Both the position numbers and the translations under genes were made by a program. A stretch of DNA of 32,000 bases, taken from contig JBDSDX010000001.1 in assembly GCA_039920285.1 (NCBI GenBank), positions 210,001 to 242,000 of the forward strand. The letters run 5' to 3'. The stretch is from Candidatus Saccharimonadota bacterium. GTDB lineage: Bacteria > Patescibacteriota > Saccharimonadia > Saccharimonadales > Saccharimonadaceae. The number at the start of each line of letters is the position of its first letter. Within the stretch, counting starts at the first letter, position 1. Below the pieces are notes generated by a model. It saw only the letters and a list, made by a program, of their open reading frames with translations, was not told the origin of the DNA and searched no databases. This document shows, one piece after another, positions 8,460 through 17,307 of this stretch.

Positions 8460-9422
8460 TTATTTTGAGATTTGTTGACCCTGATATTGCACAGCCAAAA
8501 CGCGCTTTTCGCGCACTTCACCAAACCAGAAGCTAAGTACGATCGCAACGATACTCACATACAATGGCCAGAGTGTCAAAATACTTGTCGCAAGATCTGA
8601 TTTGCCACCGTTAGTAGCTGAACCTACCACTTCAGGTTGACCATTAATGATAGCTGCAACAGACAAGAAGGCCACACGACCTTCGGCATCGGTTACCTGG
8701 GTACTCATTTGGTAGGTACCTGGTTTTTGGAAGACGTGAGCGGTAGAGAATGATGTGTTGTTGTTGCGTGAAACGACGTTATTTTGTCCATCACCCCACT
8801 GAATATTAAAGGCAAATGGCGCGACACCACCGAGGAGTGTCAGCGGCATTGCCAATTCCTGTCCTGGGAATGATCCACGGAAGACCGCATCGGTACTTAA
8901 GAGGATTTGTGGGCCACCAAAGTTAATTGGAGTGATGCCACTCGATTGAGTGGGCAGTAGGTCGTAAAAGACGGTTACCTTGTTCGAATCTGGTCCGGCT
9001 TGATTGAGTGCATCATACACTCTGGCTATCAATACGTTTTGGCCGATCAGAAGATCTACTTGCATCTCGTACTCTCCGGTATTGGAACAGATAGTCGAAC
9101 CGGCAAATATGTCATTCTTAAAGATTTCAATTAATGAATCATTGACACATTTACCCGATACGGTAATTGGTGATGTTGAGAAACGTTTCTGTTCGGAGGG
9201 CTGTTCGATCGTTGGTGCGACCGTCGGGGGCTTACCAGGAACAACACCAGTGAGCGAGATAGATCGTGACTCAGGACCTGGACTGAGGGCGAATGCGGTG
9301 TACGCAGAAAGGGGAATGCCCGCTAAGAGCAGTAGAATAACCAGAGGAAGATACGAGGTATAGGTGTGCGGTCGTAGCTTGCCAGAGTGGTGATGCTTAA
9401 TTAATTTTACCCCGTGTAGCAT
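8460..9422 (-). CDS. 320-aa membrane protein with a His-rich N-terminal motif plus TM, an Ig-like domain, a PKD-like domain and a C-terminal TM
   Basis: ATG at 9422. The N-terminus is MLHGVKLIKHHHSGKLRPHTYTSYLPLVILLLLAGIPL. The PKD-like signature is FNIQWGDGQNNVVSRNNNTSFSTAHVFQKPGTYQMSTQVTDAEG. The C-terminal hydrophobic helix is ILTLWPLYVSIVAIVLSFWF. Confidence 0.8.
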   Translation of the reverse strand: MLHGVKLIKHHHSGKLRPHTYTSYLPLVILLLLAGIPLSAYTAFALSPGPESRSISLTGVVPGKPPTVAPTIEQPSEQKRFSTSPITVSGKCVNDSLIEIFKNDIFAGSTICSNTGEYEMQVDLLIGQNVLIARVYDALNQAGPDSNKVTVFYDLLPTQSSGITPINFGGPQILLSTDAVFRGSFPGQELAMPLTLLGGVAPFAFNIQWGDGQNNVVSRNNNTSFSTAHVFQKPGTYQMSTQVTDAEGRVAFLSVAAIINGQPEVVGSATNGGKSDLATSILTLWPLYVSIVAIVLSFWFGEVREKRVLAVQYQGQQISK

Positions 9423-9429
9423 AGGCTAT

Positions 9430-9438
9430 ATTATAGCA
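9430..9438 (-). promoter_or_regulatory. Extended -10 TGCTATAAT lying 7 nt from the ATG of the 320-aa gene (leaderless configuration)
   Basis: The minus strand reads catgcTATAATatagcctATG, with the ATG at 9422. Confidence 0.5.
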
Positions 9439-9464
9439 TGAACACGATGGATAACAGAGGCAGA

Positions 9465-10493
9465 CTACTTACGACGGCGACGAGTTGTCTTTGACTTGTT
9501 CTGCTGCTTCGTTGAAGAACCAGTTGCTCGGCTGACGATAAGGCGGTTGTAACGGCGGATCAGATAACGGAAGAGGAAGAAGGCCATGACAAGGACGATG
9601 ATAGCCACTCCGATGAGTGTATAAGGAATAACCCAGAATGAAATAGTCTGTTTTATTTCCTTGGCGTCAGAACCATAGCTCATTGTGAATTCAGCGTTAT
9701 ATTTACCGAAAAGTATCTTGTCTCCAATAACTGATGTATCAAGTTTTTCTTCAAATCGACGTGTACTATCTGAAAGAATCAAACGCTTCGCTTCATTGAC
9801 GGGAAGCGTGGCTACTGTTTTGCCGAACATGTCAGTAATCGTGACGAGTCCGACTGGTTGTTCAAAAGTGTTGCCAGTATTCTTTATTCTCTGAACAACA
9901 GTAATAGGTGCTCCCTGGACGATTGATGAGGCTTTACCGCCGCTATTAACAGAGAATTCTTCAATAGATAATTGTTCTTTTGCTTGTCCGTTTACCTTAA
10001 GGAAGATGAGAGAGCCAAGACTTGCATTGAGAGACACCCCTGAACCCTTTAGTTCTGGCGGCACTCCACTAAAACGGACAATACCATAATAACCACCAGG
10101 TGAAGCGTTCTTCGGAATGTCGATAGTGACAGTTATTGTTTTGATTTGCTTTGGTTTTAATGTTGAAGATGGGACGACACGGACCCACTCTTTGAATGAA
10201 TATGGCGTTGTTGTATCATCTAGAATAACTTTAGGAGTACCGTCCTCGCCGCTCGCAATAAAGTCATTAACCTGACCAGTAACATACAAATCAGTACTTG
10301 AGACATCACGCAAGCTAAGGTTTGTGGTAATCGTTTGACCGGGGTCACCGTTAATACTGACAACTGGAGGCCCAATTTCAAGCGCTTGACCACCACCAGT
10401 CGCTGTTTGTGCTTGGACAGCAGAAGTGCTAAGTAGTGCGAAAGTGGCAACAAATACTGCGATGAGTGTGAATAATTTCTTTCGCCCTGTCAT
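9465..10493 (-). CDS. 342-aa cell-surface protein, DUF916/DUF3324-like (CscA / WxL-interacting-protein-like), with a signal peptide, two beta-sandwich halves, a C-terminal TM anchor and a basic tail
   Basis: The signal peptide is ...LLSTSAVQAQT. Motifs include KPKQIKTITVTIDIPKNASPGGYYGIVRF and QRIKNTGNTFEQPVGLVTITDMFGKTV...GKYNAEFTMSYG. The TM helix is VIPYTLIGVAIIVLVMAFFLF, followed by ...KSKTTRRRRK. The start lies 2 nt after the upstream stop (TAGATATG). The family assignment rests on architecture and motif resemblance only. Confidence 0.75.
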   Translation of the reverse strand: MTGRKKLFTLIAVFVATFALLSTSAVQAQTATGGGQALEIGPPVVSINGDPGQTITTNLSLRDVSSTDLYVTGQVNDFIASGEDGTPKVILDDTTTPYSFKEWVRVVPSSTLKPKQIKTITVTIDIPKNASPGGYYGIVRFSGVPPELKGSGVSLNASLGSLIFLKVNGQAKEQLSIEEFSVNSGGKASSIVQGAPITVVQRIKNTGNTFEQPVGLVTITDMFGKTVATLPVNEAKRLILSDSTRRFEEKLDTSVIGDKILFGKYNAEFTMSYGSDAKEIKQTISFWVIPYTLIGVAIIVLVMAFFLFRYLIRRYNRLIVSRATGSSTKQQNKSKTTRRRRK

Positions 10494-10495
10494 AT

Positions 10496-11599
10496 CTAGA
10501 AGGTTGCCGTACAGATGTAAGTCAGTGTCGCTGTGTACGTACCAGATGCTTGGTTACCAGCTACGTTCACGATGTATGATGAGGTAAAAATCTGTGCGTT
10601 AGTTGGCCCAGCACCACCGTTGGCGCTATTAGCAACTGAGTCACCGGTCACAAACTTGAATTGATCGACCGTGTTATATCCAGTTGCTGCTTGACCTTTC
10701 AGGTTGACACCATCCGGTGCAGTAGCAACTTCAAGTCCAACAGCAACTGTAGAGGTTGCCGTTGTGTTGAGCTTTAAGTTAGTACCAAATTGTCCAGTAC
10801 CTCTTACGCCGACTCCTGTTACGGCCATCGCAGGGATAGTGTTGGAACCAGAGGTAAGGGTCGCTCCGTTTACTGTAATGCTATAGCCTGATGCCGCATT
10901 TGTGGAAGCAGCCATCTGTGATTGAGCAGTTGCAGTATCGGTTGGAGAGAACAATTGGTTGAAGGTAATCGCGCCCGACGTTGCAGTCGTACAGTCTGGA
11001 ATCGAAGCAGTCAAGCTAATTGCTGCACCAACACAGAAGATGAGTGACTCAGGCATAGTTCCAGTCAAGACAATCTGTTGAGCAGTACTCGCTGCGACGG
11101 TACCAGTGTCAATTGGTGAGCCAGTTGCATTCGTTGCAACGTAAGTCGTAATACGAACGAAGAAGGTAGTACCACCGGCTGCGGTTGGGTTAGTCACAGT
11201 GTTCAAAACAACCGAAATAGTACCAGCTGCTGCTGCTGTTTTTGTAATATAAGGTGCACCGTTGGTTGTATTAACAAGAGTCGCGCCAGATGCCCAACCA
11301 GTACCACCACTTACCGTGGCAGAAGTAGTCACAATTCCAGTTGGAAGGACACAAGCTGTGACGGATGCAGTAGTACAGTATTCAAACTTAATTGATCCTG
11401 TTGAAGAACCACTTGTCGTGAAGTCGAACTTATGTTTGACGACACCACCAGGTTTTGATCCACCGTCGGTGCCACCGGCTTGAAGGGTTAATGAACGTGT
11501 TGTTATCTGTGCTGCGTACGTTGTTTGTGTGTTAAATACGGATACAACTAGTGCTGTCAGCAATAAAACACTTAGAAATAACCCTTTCCTCAATCTCAT
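10496..11599 (-). CDS. 367-aa secreted T/S/A/G-rich two-domain beta protein, paralog B of a putative fibre/surface-complex subunit (WxL-like C-terminal module with Tyr in place of Trp)
   Basis: ATG at 11599. The signal peptide is ...NTQTTYA|AQITTRSLTLQAGGTDGGSKPGGVVKHKFDF. The C-terminus is ...SGTYTATLTYICTATF. It is about 60% identical by eye to the adjacent 374-aa protein. Confidence 0.85.
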   Translation of the reverse strand: MRLRKGLFLSVLLLTALVVSVFNTQTTYAAQITTRSLTLQAGGTDGGSKPGGVVKHKFDFTTSGSSTGSIKFEYCTTASVTACVLPTGIVTTSATVSGGTGWASGATLVNTTNGAPYITKTAAAAGTISVVLNTVTNPTAAGGTTFFVRITTYVATNATGSPIDTGTVAASTAQQIVLTGTMPESLIFCVGAAISLTASIPDCTTATSGAITFNQLFSPTDTATAQSQMAASTNAASGYSITVNGATLTSGSNTIPAMAVTGVGVRGTGQFGTNLKLNTTATSTVAVGLEVATAPDGVNLKGQAATGYNTVDQFKFVTGDSVANSANGGAGPTNAQIFTSSYIVNVAGNQASGTYTATLTYICTATF

Positions 11600-11605
11600 G
11601 TCGGA

Positions 11606-11635
11606 ATTGTAGCATGAGCGTTAAGAGGCCGTCAA
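11606..11635 (-). promoter_or_regulatory. Promoter TTGACG-18-(TGC)TACAAT lying 6 nt from the ATG of the 367-aa paralog (leaderless configuration)
   Basis: The minus strand reads TTGACGgcctcttaacgctcaTGCTACAATtccgacATG. There is no SD sequence. Confidence 0.5.
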
Positions 11636-11657
11636 TGAAATAATCGTAAGTGTCTTG

Positions 11658-12782
11658 CTAGAAAGTAGGTGTACAGATGTAAGTCAAAGTTGTGGTGTAG
11701 GTACCGGCAGGTTGGCTACCAGGGACATTCACAACATAGGAGACAGTGAAGATTTGGGCGTCTGATCCACCAGCACCACCGTTAGAACTATCTGCGACGA
11801 TGTCGCCTGTAGTGAACTTGAAGTTGTCAACGGTATTGTATCCGGTCGTCGCTTGCCCTCGATAGTTTGTTCCGTTTGAGGCAGTAGCAACTTCAAGGCC
11901 AAATCCAGTCAATTGTGTTGCGGTGGTGAGTGTATTCGCTTTTAAGTTCATACCGAATTGGCTCACACCACGAGCTGTCACAGCCGCTGCTGACATCTGC
12001 GAGACGGTATTCGAGCCTGAAGTTAGTGTTGGGCCGTTCACGCTGATCGCGTACCCTCCACCAGCATTAGTTGAGGCAGCAAGTTGGGATTGAGCAGTGG
12101 AAGTATCGACAGGTGAGAAAAGTTGGTCGAAGTCAACGAGGCCGGTTGTTACCGTACTACAGTCGGGAACTAAGGCGGTCAAGCCAATGGCTTTACCAGC
12201 ACAGAAGACAAGTGATTCGGGCATAGTACCGCTAAGGATAATTTGAGTTGCGGTTGCGGCAGTGACGTTTCCTGTATCAATTGCAGTACCGGTAGTATTT
12301 GATGCGGTATAGGTTGAGATACGAACGAAGAACGTGTAGTTTGTCGCGGTTGGGTTGGTAACTGAACCAAGTGTGTAAGACAAGGCAAGTGGGCCTGCGA
12401 TTGATGCGGCAGTACGAGTAAGGTAGGGCGCGCCGTTAGTCGTGTTCACCATTGTGAAGCCAGTTGCGTTGTTCTGCGCATCGAGTGTTGCAGACGTTGT
12501 CACGAGTCCAGTAGGAGTTGTACAAGTACCTGCAGCGAGAGTACAGTATTCGAATTTAATTGAACCGACTGATGCATTTGTCGGGACTGTAAAGTCGTAC
12601 TTATGCTTGACGACACCACCTGGTTTTGAACCACCATCGGTCGCACCGGCCTGAAGAGTTAGACTACGAGTTGTAATCTGTGCAGCAAATGCACTTGAGG
12701 GCAGTAATACTTGCGATATGAAGCTGGCCAAAACGACTACTCCAACTAAGAGGGGTGCAAAGGAGCGTTTTTGTATTATCAT
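11658..12782 (-). CDS. 374-aa secreted T/S/A/G-rich two-domain beta protein, paralog A and the candidate major subunit
   Basis: The ORF track extends to 12839, but the internal ATG at 12782 gives a normal signal peptide: MIIQKRSFAPLLVGVVVLASFISQVLLPSSAFA|AQITTRSLTLQAGATDGGSKPGGVVKHKYDF. A TTGACA-17-TATTCT promoter (12824-12852) lies inside the longer ORF. The C-terminus is ...AGTYTTTLTYICTPTF. Confidence 0.85.
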   Translation of the reverse strand: MIIQKRSFAPLLVGVVVLASFISQVLLPSSAFAAQITTRSLTLQAGATDGGSKPGGVVKHKYDFTVPTNASVGSIKFEYCTLAAGTCTTPTGLVTTSATLDAQNNATGFTMVNTTNGAPYLTRTAASIAGPLALSYTLGSVTNPTATNYTFFVRISTYTASNTTGTAIDTGNVTAATATQIILSGTMPESLVFCAGKAIGLTALVPDCSTVTTGLVDFDQLFSPVDTSTAQSQLAASTNAGGGYAISVNGPTLTSGSNTVSQMSAAAVTARGVSQFGMNLKANTLTTATQLTGFGLEVATASNGTNYRGQATTGYNTVDNFKFTTGDIVADSSNGGAGGSDAQIFTVSYVVNVPGSQPAGTYTTTLTYICTPTF

Positions 12783-12823
12783 TTTTTTGATCTCTTTTTG
12801 TTTTATGGTGGTTGTTTGACCTG

Positions 12824-12852
12824 AGAATAGCATTAGCATGATACTCTGTCAA
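12824..12852 (-). promoter_or_regulatory. Near-consensus promoter TTGACA-17-TATTCT for the 374-aa paralog
   Basis: On the minus strand the -35 box TTGACA is at 12852..12847, the spacer is 17 nt, and the -10 box TATTCT is at 12829..12824. The leader of about 35 nt contains AAAGAGA before the ATG at 12782. A weak hairpin plus T7 run (tcgttgaaaacga tgtattttttt) lies just upstream. Confidence 0.55.
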
Positions 12853-12900
12853 TAAAAAAATACATCGTTTTCAACGAGAAGTGTAAAACTGGGGATAACT

Positions 12901-13638
12901 CTAGTATGTGCCAGTAACGATGAGTGTCTGATTGCTACTATATTGACCTCCCGGTGTCAGTGCGGCGACATTGACGAGGTAGGTAATAGTGTAATCAGTA
13001 ATACCGGAGCTTTTTGACGCAAGTGCGATCGTTTCACCAGGGACGTAACGGAAAGAGTTAGGTGTCGAGTAATTTGGTGCTGCCCCGCCGAAACCGTACT
13101 GATAATTATTCGGGTTTGCTCCAACTGAACTAGGTGAGGTGTTTGCCACAAGGTTTATACCAAATTGTTCCACGCCAATAGTTGAAGCAGTGTTTGAGGA
13201 TAATGACGGGAGTACTTTTGCGTTATTGGTCGGTGCTGTGCCGGCAATCTGAACGACGTATCCGTAGCTGGTGTAGTTAAGAACCGAGAAGGTAGCAATG
13301 GCAACAGAGGAGGTCAAAGGACTAAATGCTGGAAATGAGATAGCGCCAGAGGTAATGCTGACAGCGAGATTTGGGTCACTCGGTGTTTTTTGACCAGAGT
13401 TTACTTGAAAGCTACCAGAGTTAGAATTACCAACTGAGATATCACCGATGATATCGGTAGCTTTAAAATTTGCCGAGCTGGATTGAACATTGCTTCCCGA
13501 GCCAACGCTACTTTCACTCAGACGGAAGTTAGTTGATTTTGGGTCGGCTGCGAAGGCCACGCTTGAAGTAGTGACAACACCAAGCAGTGTCACAACAAGG
13601 ACAACAATTCCCAACATACCCCTTCGCATATCTTTCAT
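12901..13638 (-). CDS. 245-aa secreted protein sharing the C-terminal module of the 367/374-aa paralogs (candidate minor subunit)
   Basis: ATG at 13638. The signal peptide is ...TTSSVAFA|ADPKSTNFRLSESSVGSGS. The shared module runs ISFPAFSPLTS...GYVVQI...GVEQFGINLVANT...YSTPNSFRYVPGE...YLVNVAALTPGGQYSSNQTLIVTGTY. Confidence 0.8.
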   Translation of the reverse strand: MKDMRRGMLGIVVLVVTLLGVVTTSSVAFAADPKSTNFRLSESSVGSGSNVQSSSANFKATDIIGDISVGNSNSGSFQVNSGQKTPSDPNLAVSITSGAISFPAFSPLTSSVAIATFSVLNYTSYGYVVQIAGTAPTNNAKVLPSLSSNTASTIGVEQFGINLVANTSPSSVGANPNNYQYGFGGAAPNYSTPNSFRYVPGETIALASKSSGITDYTITYLVNVAALTPGGQYSSNQTLIVTGTY

Positions 13639-13741
13639 TGTTGAGGATATTGGTTAATTTTGCAACTGTAGGCGCAAGCGGTTTGCGGACCGAGGCAAAA
13701 AAAGCTATACTGAGGCCACATTACCTCACATATAAACACGC

Positions 13742-14782
13742 ATGGCAAATACCCCTGAAAAATCATCAAAGTCTGACGAGCTTCCTGCACCTGAAGTGCT
13801 GACTGTTCAGAGTGATGATGGCTCACAAGCGCCAAAAGTGGCTTCGTCAGTCCTCTCACAACGAGCGAAAGGTATGCGTCGACGGGTGACCTATCGTCCA
13901 AGCCATAAAGCGACCTTTATTGGACTTGCTGTGGTTATCGCAGTACTTTTGATTAACGGAGGTGTTATTGCTTTCGTATTGGGGGGCAAAGATCCTTCAG
14001 GTGGTACAACTAATGCAAATGCAGTCACCTTAAGTTCAGGAGTTCTTAATTCATTGGGCGTCAGTCGTAATCCTGTCGGCGAAACGAGTGAAGAGCTTTC
14101 GATCGGTCCAAACACGAAGTTTGGCGGCACGATCTTGGTCAATGGCAACACGAGTATTGGCGGGGAACTAACGCTTAACAAAAAGTTATCTGCCCAAGAT
14201 GCAACAGTAACCACATTACAAGCGGGAAATACGTCACTTCAAACCTTAGTTGTGAACGGTGACCTAACCGCAACAAATATTAATGCTCGTACTGACCTTT
14301 CAGTTGTCGGAGCGACTCGCCTTCAAGGTGCAGTTACAATTGGTCAACTTTTGACGGTTAATAATAGTGTGAGCGTTATCGGAAACTTAGCAGTTGGCGG
14401 TACATTGACTGCTCGTTCATTCCAAGCTAATAATCTTATCTCTGAAAACACACTCACGATCGGTGGACACATTATTACTGCTGGTTCAGCTCCTGCAGTT
14501 GCGAGAGGTTCAGCAACTGGTTCAAACGGCTCGGTTTCGATTAGTGGTAATGATACATCAGGAACTGTCGCTATCAACGCGGGAACGGGCGCTGGAGGCG
14601 GTATGGTCGCTCAAGTCGCCTTTAAGACATCATTCCCAACTATTCCCCACGTCGTCGTTACTCCAGTTGGTGGACCGATCGGGAGCTTCTATATCACTCG
14701 CTCTGCCGGTGGTTTCAGCATATTCGTGACTGGCGCACTTTCACCTGGTGGGTACGCCTTTGACTACATTGTTGTGCAATAG
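13742..14782 (+). CDS. 346-aa type-II membrane protein with a cytoplasmic N-terminus, one TM, an extracellular beta-helix-like repeat stalk and a C-terminal beta-sandwich (lectin/tail-fibre-tip-like) domain
   Basis: ATG at 13742. The TM helix is FIGLAVVIAVLLINGGVIAFVLGG. Degenerate repeats of about 14-15 aa read LVNGNTSIGGELTL / LVVNGDLTATNINA / LSVVGATRLQGAVTIGQLLTV / VSVIGNLAVGGTLTA. The C-terminus is VAFKTSFPTIPHVVVTPVGG..FYITRSAGGFSIFV...GGYAFDYIVVQ. Confidence 0.75.
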   Translation: MANTPEKSSKSDELPAPEVLTVQSDDGSQAPKVASSVLSQRAKGMRRRVTYRPSHKATFIGLAVVIAVLLINGGVIAFVLGGKDPSGGTTNANAVTLSSGVLNSLGVSRNPVGETSEELSIGPNTKFGGTILVNGNTSIGGELTLNKKLSAQDATVTTLQAGNTSLQTLVVNGDLTATNINARTDLSVVGATRLQGAVTIGQLLTVNNSVSVIGNLAVGGTLTARSFQANNLISENTLTIGGHIITAGSAPAVARGSATGSNGSVSISGNDTSGTVAINAGTGAGGGMVAQVAFKTSFPTIPHVVVTPVGGPIGSFYITRSAGGFSIFVTGALSPGGYAFDYIVVQ

Positions 14783-15048
14783 TTAGATATTGGCGAATAA
14801 CATTACTTGATCGTCTCGGACTGTCAGAATACCGTTACGAATTTCGAATGTTGTCGGTTCTTTGTCTTTGCCGTTATCGATACTGACTTCACAGGGCACA
14901 AGCATTGAAAAGAAATCAGCGTGGCCAGGCAGGACGTCAAATGGTCCTACTTTATTGAAAGCAGAAAGTGACAGAGCATCACCTTCGTAATAGACGTGAA
15001 AAGGTGAGCGAGCGATGACATTCAGGGAAGTATTGACTGGTTGTTTCA

Positions 15049-15049
<1 letters not shown>
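14783..15049 (-). CDS. atpC: F1 ATP synthase epsilon subunit, beta-sandwich domain only (88 aa)
   Basis: It occupies the last position in the atp operon, and its ATG overlaps the beta stop by 1 nt (TAATG). The sequence is LNVIARSPFHVYYEGDALSLSAFNKVGPFDVLPGHADFFSMLVPCEVSI. There is no C-terminal helical hairpin. Confidence 0.75.
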
Positions 15050-17282
<2,233 letters not shown>

Positions 17283-17307
17283 CTGTAGAGCTTCTTGTTG
17301 AATCGCA

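Larger units (their letters stand above)
10496..12782 (-). repeat. Tandem gene duplication (374-aa and 367-aa paralogs)
   Basis: The two adjacent genes are colinear over their full length at the protein level. They share an identical mature N-terminus and five conserved Cys positions (EYC, xxC, FC, DC, IC). DNA similarity is visible, for example ccaccaggttttgatccaccgtcggtgccaccggcttgaag versus ccacctggttttgaaccaccatcggtcgcaccggcctgaag. Confidence 0.85.

Noticed and set aside
12783-12839. 19-codon extension of the 393-aa ORF
   Set aside because: The extension contains the TTGACA-17-TATTCT promoter. The internal Met at 12782 gives a canonical signal peptide matching the paralog.
1-13638. Sortase-dependent or type IV pilus interpretation of the surface cluster
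   Set aside because: There is no LPXTG-type sorting signal at any C-terminus, no sortase, no class III (prepilin) signal peptide, and no pilB/pilC/pilD-like gene in the window.
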